36,809 nucleotides of DNA from Phoronis australis (Eukaryota > Animalia > Phoronida): contig NMRA01001199.1 of assembly GCA_002633005.1 (NCBI GenBank), forward strand, positions 1 through 36,809, in the 5' to 3' direction. Under the pieces are notes generated by a model, which had not been told where the DNA came from, made no database searches, and worked only from the letters and a program-made list of their open reading frames with translations. Position numbers and translations under genes: made by a program. Positions 1-12,116 of the stretch are shown here, one piece after another (the stretch's first letter is position 1; each line of letters starts with the position of its first letter).

Positions 1-76
1 ACTGGCCTACATCATTGGGCCAATACAGAAGACATTTCAGGGCCAGTATTGGCCCAGTACCTGCATGTTTACTGGG
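1..76. mobile_element. Right end of a non-autonomous DNA transposon (CCCAGTAAACA-type terminus, EnSpm/CMC-like)
   Basis: Ends in TGTTTACTGGG, with internal palindromic GGGCCAGTATTGGCCC and related GGCC(C)A units; the other end lies outside the window. Confidence 0.4.
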
Positions 77-133
77 AAAGTAGTAGCGAGGTTTGAAGTC
101 TCCGATAAATCTTTGTAACATTAGTCAGCTATT

Positions 134-845
134 AGCGGATTTGCAGCGCAAACGAACTACGCACTGCGCATGTGCGAGTTACTTCCTGCGCGAAGGCTCA
201 TGGGATAGCTTGTGGTCAGGCATGTCTTGAGCAGGCTGGATAGTGTGTGCATTTGGAGTGATTTGCAAACTAAAAACCATGTTTCATTTTTTGCTTTATG
301 ATACCAAGCAAGCCCTCTCTCTCTCGTTTGTAAACACAGCGTAGCTATGATCAGTAACCGTGTGACCGAGGGCACGACTGTCGTCATGTTCAGTATTGGC
401 CGGGCTATCGGCGTTGATTTCGAAATCTCCTCCGGTTTCAGACAAGTTTATAGTTCTTGGGTTGCTTAAATTTTGTAGCTTTCGCCGTGGATATGCTAGA
501 GACGTTAATTTTAAGAGGAAACTCCGTCGGAATGTTGTTCTCATACGTCTTTTTTCCACTTTTCCACCAGGAAAATGCTCGCTGCACACACGATGGCCCC
601 TAGGCAATTACATCGCACTGGATGCCGCAGGCATTCAGGGGCGATAGTACATCCTCACAAAAAGTTGCTCGTTTCAAAATACAGCAAATAAAATCAAATG
701 AACCATACATATAGGAACACGGAGTTATAATTAACACATACCACGACTCTGGATACAATTTATTCAGCAAAACTTGAACAAATGAAATCGATGGAAATCT
801 GTCGCGGTTTGCTCGAGTCAAGTTCTCTCAGTTACCGGGTGCCAT
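134..845 (-). pseudogene. Degenerate THAP-domain coding remnant of a DNA transposon (possibly ISL2EU-like)
   Basis: ORF 296-607 contains HRVCSEHFPGGK (THAP C-x2-H-F core) and a downstream DHSY (HCF-1-binding motif type). The possible N-terminus (MAPGN*...FPSISF, from 845) is broken. AGCGGATTTGCAGC at 134-147 matches the MITE TIR at 6882 at 12/14 positions. Confidence 0.6.
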
Positions 846-1471
846 TTTGAGGAAGTTACGTGAAATTACGCATGTTGACGAATAAAAAGTCTAAGGGACA
901 CACATCTTACAAGTTTCACCCGATACCTTCTCATGCTATTTTACAAGTGTCACGCGCTAGCGTCACGCGCTTCGCTGAGTCTCGCGCTANTCTTTCATAG
1001 ACGCCTCGTTTCCAGAAGACTGGATTGAAAAGTTTCCTTTGAGCACAGTAAGGTGTGTGTTTGCATATAAGTCCGTTGAAACATTCCAAATTTCTTACAA
1101 GACTAGCTTATATCATTGGCAAACATTTCGCCTATTTAATCAGTCGGTTTTTGAATGCTTGCAAGTCCGTAATTCCATAGATTGCCAAGACAATTTTCGG
1201 AGGCATGCGCTCACATACAGTACTTGACGGGTGACAGATTTTGAGCCCTCCGGCATAACTAGGACTCCTACCCGCCACCCAACGCTAGTAGCCACATGCA
1301 GCCGCTGGCGCCTGTGCATTTTGGGAGTACACGTGCTTCCCCGGGTGTCCGGCAGCTTTCTGTGGCCTTGAATGTGTAATGTGAATGATCTACTGAATGC
1401 TGACGTGAATGAGGCTACTGTACGTGTTGATATTGGTGCGTGTGTGAATCTTCATCAACACGTCACTGCAG

Positions 1472-1574
1472 CTGCACAAGTACTTGATATCGAGTTGGCT
1501 AGAACACCAAAAGAGCGAAAAAGTGAAAAAACTCTTTGCGATTGCGGTTTGCCCAGGAATTTTGACCCTCTCGA
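1472..1574 (+). CDS. Candidate upstream exon of the alpha2-delta/CACHD1-like gene (5' boundary uncertain)
   Basis: Perfect GA|GTAAGT donor at 1575 in phase 2 fits the phase-2 acceptor at 2506. The join reads ...KTLCDCGLPRNFDPLEEFADQPCNLS, resembling the Cys-containing segment before VWA_N in CACHD1-like proteins. The acceptor cactgcag ending at 1471 is a guess. Confidence 0.4.
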
Positions 1575-2505
1575 GTAAGTGACAGTCCATCGTAGGTACA
1601 TGTATATCGAGTTTCACCACGTTTCACCGTAACCTTGAAATCACTTTCAGTGGTGGACATTTGCTAGCGCACGCTTACTCGTAAAAGATATCAATGTGCT
1701 ATGTTAGCGCCAAGCTTCCAAGATCTTATAGCTGAACTGAATGCACGAAGGATGAGCTTGCATTGATGAGTATTTCACTGTGTCTTTCTGGAGCGACAAA
1801 TAATGGCTACATTCATCGCTGAGTAGAGTGTGGACGGTTGTGTCTGAAATTCAACTGTACCTCAGTGTTTTTGTATATGCATATGTTATGAACTTTATAT
1901 ATGTCTGCATCTCAACACTGAGTACGATTTTGTTTTATGGGCAACAAGCCTCAAACAATACTCGACTCGTAACGTTTAAGTAACAAGAGTGATTCTTGGT
2001 CCTTCAATTTTCCATATTTCTTATTTTTTGAAAGTGTTCCTTTTTTCTTCGTGAATTCCGTGTTAATTTCTTCGCGAAAACTTCAGCCAGTCTATAAGAG
2101 GGCAGGTACAACTGAGGTGGTAGAGCAACAAACCTTTACTGGTACAGGCATCTTGTTCACATGTCAAAAGGCGTCCTGTCAAACGTCTTATGAGTAATTA
2201 GGGATATATCAATGAGTAAAAAGCTGATACCATGGCAAATCACGCACGAATAGAATTCAACCAAAATATATGTTATTAGATGATAACTTTCTCAAGGTAA
2301 GGTAGCCGACATGCCTTCTAGTCTGTGGCGAACAAAAAGGCTGAGCATGCGTCTGACAAGCGTTCACGGGTGTCACCAGACGCCTGAACAGCTTTCTGGT
2401 CGGACGACATGTGAACTCTGTGTTCGCACGAGACATGTTTCCATATCTTACAAAGCTTGGCAGGGGAATGAATCAAGCAGTGTATTGTAATCATGTCCTT
2501 TACAG

Positions 2506-2658
2506 AGAATTCGCCGATCAGCCGTGCAATCTCAGTATCGGTGCCATACAAGTGAAGAGCGAGGACAGGCAAAGTGCCGAGATTCGCAACTCCCTCCAGT
2601 GGCAGTCCAGGATCCATCGTATATTTACGCAGAATTTCCAAAAGGACGACAGCGTCAG
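2506..2658 (+). CDS. Exon encoding VWA_N region of an alpha2-delta (CACNA2D)/CACHD1-like protein
   Basis: Acceptor tcctttacag; 153 nt, phase 2-2. Encodes EFADQPCNLSIGAIQVKSEDRQSAEIRNSLQWQSRIHRIFTQNFQKDDSVR, matching the alpha2-delta pattern N..SAVHVP...NxLxW...xxF..N...D. Donor AG|GTCGCC is weak but joins in frame to WQYF at 13279. Confidence 0.75.
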
Positions 2659-4516
2659 GTCGCCGGAGATTTTTAGGCCTATGGGGGGAACTCGAAATTC
2701 ACTAGGTTTCGCAACTGAAGCAAAGAACATGGCATAAAAATACCTGCATTCAGGTAAATCACGTGGGACCCATATCACACGAATTGTATTCTGTTCTTAA
2801 TCTGTTCAGATGTCAAAAAGATAGACTTTTATTTATTAGCACCACCTAGTGAATATCGAGTCGTCCATGGCAACCATGTCATTTAGATTTTATTTGACGT
2901 CACAAATAATGTACAACTGAGGCCGGCCATGATAAGTCAGTGATAATGAATGGAATTTTGTTGATTCTGCCTGGTGTCTTCTATAATATGAGTCCACACT
3001 TTCGAGTTTATCCCCTGACACAGCACCACCTATACTGAAAAGTGGCCCTGTGGAAACATGATGAACGACTCACGGAATTCCGTGAGTGTAGACATTATGC
3101 GCATGCCTTGGTCGGAAGTATACCGATCACGTCGCCATGACTTGCACACGCCTTTTGTACATGTACACTGTACTTGTTTGGGCTTAAGCCACTTTATCGG
3201 GGCTCCCTTGATTTTTACTTCGATCACTGCCCGTTTCAAGTCAAAGCTAGGTGGTCGTAACATTAAGCTGAAGGGGGTTTCCCAGATTTCAACCAGTGGG
3301 AGTGACTGAACGTTATGACGTCGTTTTCATTACTTTATGCAATGTTAAACAACATTTAAAGCATTACTTCACCGGAATTTTGTTATTTTAGATGTATTGG
3401 ACTAACTAGGTACTCCTAGAAAAACCTTAGCAAAATAAGCAAATGCGAGTTTAATCACGCAAATGTAGGCCCGTCAAATGATAGGTGAAGCTGCCATTCG
3501 CGCCGTATTGCGTCACCGCGAGATCCCTGCACAAGCAACAAGAGGCCGATAAAAGTTGTATTGAATAGGGGTGTGAATTGAACACCATTGTGTGGGGTGT
3601 TATTCGCAGCTGTTTGAATTGAAATGTGAATTCTCGCGGAGACGTAGACAGAAGCAAGCCAGTTTGCCTAACAGTTCGTTACATTTGACAATTAATGGAA
3701 CTAGTGGGCTCAGAGGCAGTCCATCATTCGCGTACGAGGACAAGGTGATCCAAGCAAGTGGCACCAGTTTTGTGCAAAAAAGAATCTTACGCTGACACCT
3801 TCACCAATGGAGTTTCAGGAGCTCGACCCGGGATCTAGCATTAAAATCCGCCGCGATCTCCAAATAAACTGTACATGTACACGGCTTCAGCTGATGTTCT
3901 CATTCTCCGGATATTTAGTGAGGCGCGAAATTGACCATCACAAGCATGGCCGTAAACACTTGGGGTGAACTTTGAACTTTCATTTTAATGGTTGTAAATA
4001 GCATATTTCGATTGTTCCTGAAATGTACGCGTGGTATTTTGAAAAACGGACAAGACACGTGACTTTCATAGCCTAAAACTAGAAAGCAGTCCACAGCCAA
4101 TATTCTGCTCCCTTAATTCTATTGAGCGCGCAACATAATGGGCCAATTACGAAGAGTCATAAACCATCAATTGGAAATTGAGGAACGCCAATTGCAATTG
4201 TACAATTCTGGGCGTCATGTGCAATGCCAGAACATCTTTTTTACATCGGAACAGATTAAGGAGAATGTCACCCAAAAACAACCTAGTTTATAGATCGAGT
4301 AGTTCTACTCGATAACGGCACGTTCGGTTTCGTTACATGACACCTGACGGCAGACGGAGGTGTTGAAATTATCCAATGACGTCATTGGTTTCACACGCAG
4401 TCATCAGCAGTTCACAAAACGGGTTACTTTTTATGTTTATTACGAAATCTTCGATACAATGAATATACATAACCCAGAAAGCGCCAAGAGGCATTATATC
4501 TTGGTTAAAAGAGTAC

Positions 4517-4597
4517 CAAGAAATCTATATACAATTATTTTACACAAATACATAAAAAGAAATCTGTATACAATTATTTTACATAAATACATAAATT
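4517..4597. repeat. Two-copy tandem duplication (about 39 bp) in LINE 3' UTR
   Basis: AAGAAATCT(A/G)TATACAATTATTTTACA(C/T)AAATACATAAA occurs twice. Confidence 0.8.
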
Positions 4598-5153
4598 AAA
4601 AAAAACTGTTGTGAAGATAACAATGACATATGATTACGAAAGTAAATAAATCATTTTCATACACATGTATACAATTCTATCCACTCACACAAAGAGATTT
4701 AATATTATAAAAAAATTTTGATACTATTTCGAATAAAACCTTATTTTCATTTGGGTTGAGTTCTTGACTTCCATATAGAAAAAAATTAATTTTGTTGTAC
4801 ACTTGCGTAATTTCAAAATATTTTTATAAATATTGGGGTATTGTTCGAGTGTCTGGAAAAGCTGTACCCTCTGCTCCTTGCATACCTAACAAGCTAAGAG
4901 AACATGAGCATTTGTCTGTGCGTCTCCACAGCAACACAGAGGCGAAAAATTATTAAAATTATGTCTAAATTTCTCGTTGTTTAGGAATAGACCGCATTTT
5001 GATCTGTATAGCATTATTTCGTGGTTTGCGGGGAAGTAGGAACGATGTCAATGGGACTGGTAACTCTTGAGTAGCAGTATGCATTTTAAAGTTATTTTTA
5101 GAGTGACTATTGGAGTGCTTTCTTTAATTTTGGATTACTTTGCCGCAGTCCTG

Positions 5154-6536
5154 GGCCCGGTCTCCAATCTCCGTACTCAGACTCATACTCATACTCGAGA
5201 TTTCATACTCAAAATCGTGCTCAATGAAGTCGTACTCAAAAAAGCGTATCTAATGTCGGATTTCGAGTAGACTCCAAACGTACTCAAATCTGACACTCAT
5301 ACTCGAGTTGCTATGGAACTCTTTATGACGTGAAATGCAAAATCACGCAAAGCCGCGCTGATTCATCGCTTCCTATTGGAATAGACCACCCCAAGAACTA
5401 GGCCTACATTATCGTCTGCTGTCGCTACAACTACAAGAGTATGTCTATAACGTGGAATTTTGAGTGTTCTGTAACTGTTATTCATTTTTTAGTTTCAATA
5501 AATATTCTTATGTCATTTCTTTGATACATTTGGCAATTATTAAGCTTTACTTCTTGAGTTCCTCACCCAGTCCCGAAAATGTCTTAAGAAATATGTAACA
5601 GCTTATCACATCACATCTCTGTTGCTAATTTAGTCTTGACATAAAACCCATTGCTGTGTAGGCCTACGCTGATGTCAAACTTTGATACTATATCTTTGTA
5701 TTTTACCGGGATGTATCAAGTGAGTTGACATTTGGCACGTGAGTTAAAAAACAATACTTGTGCAGACATTCAGAGTTCACCAGTGGCAGTGAACGGGACG
5801 AGACGTCTACTTAGAAATCGGCAAAATCTGGAATTCCATTTGGGGATTGAGGAATTATAGATGACTAAGTTATGATGAGAAATGTACCTGACAGGAAAGC
5901 GAACTTTTTTAACTTCCCTCCCCTCCTCGTCTTTTGGAAACCCTACAAAACGTAGGCACACATACCGAAATAAGGGCAGCACAAACTTCTCACACGACTT
6001 TTCCCACAACTGCTTTCGACGCTTGTTACGACTCGCCGACAAGGGATTACAATGAGGCCTGTTGCCAGGAATTGTAGAAGTAGAATGGCTGCCGTAACAT
6101 ACAGTGATACGGCGGGTTAATAAGGTGAAGAATAAGAAGATTTAAGATGAAAACTATTATCTCTGAACTGAAATTGAAGTGCTGAGATACGGTAAGAGGA
6201 CTTATTTTTTTAGATTTGCTGTGTTTCTTGGTTCCCTTTCGATATTTTGTTCTCTGGCTCGTATTTATTTTCGAGTACGATTTCAAGCACACTGCCATAC
6301 CAAACTTGAAATTTGAGCATAGACTCCAAATTTTTACTCAAAATCGTACTCGAAATATAGATGAGATACACTTCAGTTCGAGTACACTCGAAAACTGAGT
6401 ACGTGCTCGAAATTTCGAGTACAGATTTTTCGAGTATGATATTGAATACACCAAAGCTGAGTCTGTACTCGAGTTGAGTATGAAGTGTGAGTTTGAGCAT
6501 GATTCGAGTCTGAGTACGGAGATTGGAGACCGGGCC
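5154..6536. mobile_element. Non-autonomous PIF/Harbinger-group element with CWG TSD, inserted in LINE copy 1
   Basis: Perfect 31-bp TIR GGCCCGGTCTCCAATCTCCGTACTCAGACTC (5154-5184, 6506-6536); CTG TSD at 5151-5153 and 6537-6539; subterminal TACTC/GAGTA repeats; the empty site is visible in LINE copy 2 near 34610. Confidence 0.93.
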
Positions 6537-6881
6537 CTGGTCTCGTGTTAGGTCTTTTGTAGGAGTCAAAGAGGATTTTGTTTGAGTTATTGTTAATGTT
6601 GGTTAAGACTTTGAATGTATACAGTACATGGACAAGTGGAGTTTACGACGGGTTGCTAGTTTGCTCCAGTTGAGACTGTTTAGGACCTTGATTGTGTTGG
6701 ATCCTTTGTATGCTCCTGTTATGGCTAAAGCTGCTTGGTATTGTAGTCTTTCTAATTGAAGAAGTATGCCAGCGTTTACTGATTGGTAGATTATGTCACA
6801 GTAATCTATATGTGGGAGAACAAAAGAGTTGAACAGAGTTTCAAGATGCTTGGAGTTGAGATAACGAGAGACAATTCTAAT

Positions 6882-7189
6882 AGCGGAGTTGCAACCGAAT
6901 CGATTCAACGATTGCGCATGTCCGGAAATTAGGGTGCGCAAAGGCTATTGGGATTGATTAGAGTATATGGAATGGCCGATTGGTTTGCACAACGTGTGAT
7001 TTGTGTGCATTAAAGGTATTAACAAAATTCTTTATCTCGCTAACTGGTATTATAGCAGCCAGGCACACAACACGTATAACCTCCCTGTTGCCGGTCCGCC
7101 CCCCACGCTTGTCGACGTACTTGTTTACCGGCTTAACCACAATGCAACATTCTGACCCATTTCCAATATGGCGGCGTTGCAACTCCGCT
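6882..7189. mobile_element. MITE with 2-bp AT TSD (ISL2EU-like), inserted in LINE copy 1 RT
   Basis: 14-bp TIR AGCGGAGTTGCAAC / GTTGCAACTCCGCT; AT at 6880-6881 and 7190-7191; empty site AATCCAATTAGAATT in copy 2 near 34280. Confidence 0.88.
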
Positions 7190-9531
7190 ATTGGATTGAT
7201 TAATTTTTGTACTTTGTGAACGAGTTCGCGACAGTGAGGAGTAAAGGTAAATTTGTGGTCTAATAGCAATCCAAGGTGTATGTGTGTGAACTTATTGGGA
7301 ATAACTACCCCATTGAGTGATAATTCCAGCATTGGATTTGTTTGGAATTGAGTATTATTAGACTTAAAAAATATAAGATCAACACTTTTTTCAGGTTTAA
7401 ATTTCATCTTCCATTTGCAAGACCAGTCATATAGTTTTATTAGATCAGTTTGCAATTGTAAGGAGTCATGGGGATTCTCTTTTGAGAATGGGTAAAAAAT
7501 TGCAATGTCATCATCATATAGGAATGTTTTAAAGTTTATTGTGTCTGGAAGACCATTGATGTGCAATAAAAAGAGTAAGGGGCCTAGTACGCTACCCTGT
7601 GGTACTCCAGCTTTTACGAAACCTGGCGTTGATGAGCGTGATAAAACACCCTCTATTCGGACTTTGTAAGTTCGACATTCCAGATATGATTTTAAAAGTG
7701 AGAAGAGAGTTCCGGAAAAACTGTAAGATTGTAATTTATGTAGAAGCAAATCATGGGGAACGACATCAAAAGCTGACGCAATGTCTAAGAATATGGATCT
7801 TACGTTGTATCCTTGCTCAAACTGGAGGTGGATTTCGTGTACAATTTCTGTAAGTTGGGACACAGTGCTCTTACCAGGCATGAATCCGAATTGGCGACGA
7901 TATATGAGGTTTTGTGAACTTAGAGAGGTGGTCAAACTTGTGTTGAGAAATTATTTTTTCTAAAATTTTGGATAGGGTGTTAAGTAGAGTTATGGGGCGA
8001 TAGTTGGCAATGTCTGTTTTGGAGTTCTTTTCGTGTATTGATATCATAACACCAAGTTTCCAGTTCAAAGGAAATTTTCTAGATTGTAGTATTTTGTTAT
8101 ATAATGTCAAGGGAGCTGTAAGCTCTCTTGCTATTATCTAAATCATTTTATTGGTTATGAGATTAGTGCCGTCTTTTTTGTTTTCTTCAATATTTTCTAG
8201 TAGTTTTCGCACTTCAGATGGTTGGGCTTGTATGTCAGAGAGGTGTTCTAATGTTCTGTGTGGGAATTCGGGAAAGCTTGTTGGTGCAACGTGACTCTTG
8301 GCGGTGAAGTATTCTAAAAACAACTTACTTTTTTCAGCTTTGGATGACGCCTGAGAGTTTGATTCCTTTGAGTGGATGGTGGGGTATGGAGATTGCTTTA
8401 CCTGTCCTAGAATTTTGTTTATTATATCCCAATATTCCTTTGAATTTTTGGAGACATTGTTTCATCTTATAGTCTTGTTTCGTCTTCTTAATTAGTTCTT
8501 CCAGACTTTTGTACTGTTCTTTGTAGCACTTGAACGTGCACGGGTTATTTGATTTTCTGAACGATCTGTACAGTTTGTTTCTTTTATTTATTTCAGTCTT
8601 AATGTTATTGTTAAACCACGGTTTGTTCTTGTTTTGTATTGTTTTCATGGTTGATGGGATATTATTATTATTTAGTATGTTGCAGAGTGATTGTGTGATT
8701 TCTGAGACTGTGTCATCTATGTCAGTTTTGCTCTGTATTTCAGTCCAGTTAAATGTGGTTATGTCAGTGCGCAGTTTGTCCATGTTAATGAGGTTGTAAT
8801 TCCAGATCTGTTTGATAACGCTGGTTCTTTAGGTAAGCAGTTGAGTGTGAATGTTGTTTCTATAACGTGGTGGTCCGAGTTACCAATGGGAGGCCTTACA
8901 GAAGTGGATCCGTAAGTAATACATAAATCAAGGCAAGAATGTGAATAATCTGTTAAACGTGTCGGTTCGTCTACTTAGTTGTACATAGTCATTTGAGAGG
9001 AGAATATCGAATAATTCGAGACCAGCTTGGTTGTCATTTTCTTCTGAGTACCAAGTACTATTTCTTGCGTTGAAATCCCCGTTGAGAACAATTGTTTTAT
9101 TAGTTCGTGAGAGTTCTGGTTGTTCTGCAAAGGTCTTGAAATATGCTTTCGTGTCATGGGACGTCTGGGAGGGTGAGCGATTGAAAAACCATAATATACC
9201 TTCTTGTGGTTGACATCAAGTTCAATCCAACTGTTATTCATTGATTGTATAATTTTAGTATCAATTGTTTTGTAATTTACTGAGTTGTGGACAAACAAGA
9301 TCAACCCCCTCCCGACGTTAGTGTGGTAGGCGATGCTGTATTCTGGAATAACAAGTGCCTTGAGGTTGTCTTCGGACAGCGTTCCGGATTCACATATGGC
9401 TATGACCATGTAATTGTTGTCTGTAATAAATTGCTTGAGAAGATCAAATCTTGAAAGATTGTCCGCCTTGATACTATTGATGTTAGTGAATAAGACCTTG
9501 AAGCCGGCTGAACCCTGAGTGTCTAGTCCTG

Positions 9532-9694
9532 GCGTGCGTTCAGTAGACGCTAGGACCTACGCTAGGACCTACGCTAGGATCTAGCTAAAACGTAGTCAAA
9601 GCCACGTGTTCTTATTTAAAATGCTCGGTCATATCTCACGTAGTCTCGCGAAGTCTTGCTTTTTAGTGAGGTCCTAGCGTTACTGAACGGGAGG
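9532..9694. mobile_element. 163-bp MITE with CTG TSD, inserted in the 2A motif of LINE copy 1
   Basis: Imperfect TIR (CGTTCAGTA-GACGCTAGGACCT versus AGGTCCTAGCGT-TACTGAACG); CTG at 9529-9531 and 9695-9697; three tandem ACGCTAGGA(C/T)CT units; absent from copy 2 at about 28131. Confidence 0.85.
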
Positions 9695-10230
9695 CTGGAT
9701 TGACCTCTATATCACCAGCAGTCAAAAGGGTTTGCTCAATATTATAACTCCGACATCACAACGTGAGTTCTTCATTGTGTATTAAACATCACGTAAGTGC
9801 GCATTTCGGGGTCGTTTTCCTCGTAGAAAAGTGAGGTCGAGTCTGATAGGCGAAAAGCAATGGGTTAATTTTGTATTCCAGACACCCGGACAATTGTAAT
9901 TATTGTGTGTGTAGTTAAAACCTAATAAATTCATACAGTTCATACTTAGCATGCTTATCTAACAACAGAAGAAAGAAATATATACAGGCGTGTGAATAGA
10001 CTAAAAGTAATCAAGTAAGGATAAAAGCAATGAACACTACGGTGTAAACACTAGAGTAGGCATGAACATTCCCACCACTACTGGTTTAATTACATTAACT
10101 TAGGCTAAATTTTGTAAATAGAAAACTGATGATTGAATAACATTAAAAAGTGAAGTTGATAGGCGTACTGCAGATGTGACATTAATAGAAATAGGTAAGA
10201 GCCAACGTGGTAGACAATTTGTACATATGT

Positions 10231-10333
10231 AGAGGGAGAGGGAGAGCGGGAGGGGGAGGGGGAGGGGGAGAGAGNGGCAAAAAAGACCAATTAAATCGGG
10301 TGGCATTCGCCTTTAGAGAGAGAGAGAGAGAGA
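10231..10333. repeat. Purine-rich simple repeats (GGGAGA/GGGGGA)n and (AG)n
   Basis: Directly visible; contains an N at 10275. Confidence 0.9.
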
Positions 10334-10830
10334 AAACGCTTTTATTTACATTACATTATAATAATACATTGATTAAAATTTGATTTCAATTAGGAGGCCT
10401 TCTAAAGGTTATTGACCGCTAATAAGAAGGTCCCCTGTACAACATAAAACAAATGGAAATGCAAAAATCAGTAGGAATACTTAAGAAAACAGTGAATTAG
10501 TGCTGAAAACGACCGACACGCCAGGAACCAAGAAGTAAAATGGCACAGATCAGGAGATTTTGAGAATACAATTAGATACTGTTACATATGAAGCAATTGG
10601 AAATATGAACTGGATCGTAATTGCTAATAATAAAATTGGTTAAGAACCTGGAGAATGCTTGCAAAGAATGCGTTTTTATTATATTTAGAGCAGAGACTGG
10701 TATTTCGTTGTTGTTCATAAGTCGAGGAATCTGAAATCTAATACAGGCTCTTGATGACAATTTGTTGGACCTAGGAATTAAAATTTTGGGTTGTCGGTAT
10801 AGCAGAACATGAATACTGTACTTTGGGATG
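10334..10830 (-). mobile_element. 3' fragment of a second LINE family (CR1/L2/Crack-like)
   Basis: ORF 10572-10760 ends IKTHSLQAFSRFL...Y...ISNCFIC, a C-terminus typical of invertebrate CR1-group ORF2; followed on the minus strand by AATAAA (10340-10345) and a (TC)n tail. Confidence 0.65.
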
Positions 10831-11854
10831 AAAGAAGATTGCCAATTACATTGGTATTATTGCACATGACGCCGCCCAAATCAAATAGGGCTCTAAGTCA
10901 ATACTACATGTATACTCGATTGGCCATTTTTAGCTTGAACGTCAATGGTAATTAAAGTTGAAACAACTTAAAAAGCGGGTTACTGGTGTCAGCTTATAGC
11001 TTGAATTCATCGTTCAACACCAATAAATCATTAAACTTCGATGTAAAACACTTAAAAATACACCGAGTTCTTATACAAACGTGTTGTTTTATTTTGCTGT
11101 TACTAATTTATTGGTATTTGGACACACCGTATTCTACAAAGTTCTGCAGGCCAATTTACCAAGGTCCGTAGCAGGAGTTTGGGGTCTGTTCGGAGATAAA
11201 TTCGAAGTATTCTTCTGTGAAACACAGACAGGAGAACCTAGATCTGAGAACATAGCTGTATATTGTCAATTTATACTTGTGATTTTTTGAGTTCTAAAGA
11301 CACAAAACGCTTGTTATCCCGGCCAGTTGCTCGGAAGCCGATCAGGCCTGTCGCGGCCGTCGGGTACGAACATAAAGCAGCTTGAGTTGGAAACTAAACC
11401 TTTGTTACGAAAAGACTATAATAGTGTGCCAAAGGAATAATGTTCGAGTAATTATTTATGTGAATTAGCCACGAAACTGAAAATCTACTTACTTGTCGGG
11501 GGCCGCGAAGTCGGGTTCCCCTTCCACACACCGTGAGGGCAAAGCTGTACAGTAACAATGATTTGAATAATGTATTTGTATATCCAAATAAAGATTCCCT
11601 AATATGTGACCATAGCATATAAAGTCGACTAATTGTTCCACAACGTCTTTCTGACGGCAAGCACTGATTTAGCATGCGCTCGCACGGCCTCGGTGCACGG
11701 TCAATTATCTTTACTGCCGGCATCAAAAGCCCGCCGGTAACGCAGTGGTTTATTCATTGCTGGCTTCTCAACATTTGCACTCACGAATACTGAAAAGGCA
11801 TTACAAATTGTATCTAATGAGGCAGACTTTGTTTCAGTTTTATATAACTTAGTG

Positions 11855-12116
11855 AACATGCACAGACAACGGAACGTATGGATATTTCTTTGGAAAGCCG
11901 GAATTTGTCAGAGAAATCACTGTCGACAAAATGCCGGCCACAGACACGGAGATGTTTCACGGCCTCATAGTTGCTATTAAGAGTGTGCCTTTCATTCTTC
12001 ACTACCGTGAGCCACTTCCTAAGAATTTCTGTCTCTCAAGGGAGTCAAAAAAACGATATACCCGCTTTCTTCGCTGCTTCATAGTTCAGACAAGCGGGAA
12101 AGATGCACTGCAATAT
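11855..12116 (-). pseudogene. THAP domain within Kolobok-like copy A
   Basis: One frame reads QCIFPACLNYEAAKKAGISFF*LP*ETEILRKWLTVVKNERHTLNSNYEAVKHLRVCGRHFVDSDF, giving C-x4-C, P, W and C-x2-H-F. The two TGA stops fit CGA decay; copy B has CGA at the second position. Confidence 0.88.

Larger units (their letters stand above)
4429..10040 (-). mobile_element. APE-RT non-LTR retrotransposon (CR1/L2 group), decayed ORF2 and 3' end, copy 1
   Basis: APE (AICESG) at about 8800-9470; RT motifs NYRPITLL, QFGF, FLDIASAFD, GVPQGSVLGPLLF, LYDDD at about 7200-8110; 3' end AATAAACATAAAAA at 4429-4441 on the minus strand. Colinear with the + copy at 26935-36023; many frameshifts. Confidence 0.92.

Noticed and set aside
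2087-2296. Possible extra alpha2-delta exon(s) with AAG|GTAAGG donor
   Set aside because: Stops in all frames; no consistent phase or homology.
6958-7200. Novel C-terminal extension on the 325-aa RT ORF
   Set aside because: Read-through into the inserted MITE.
4208-10880. 15-bp inverted match GGCGTCATGTGCAAT near 4210 and 10860
   Set aside because: Does not extend and has no TSD; cannot be called a TIR pair.
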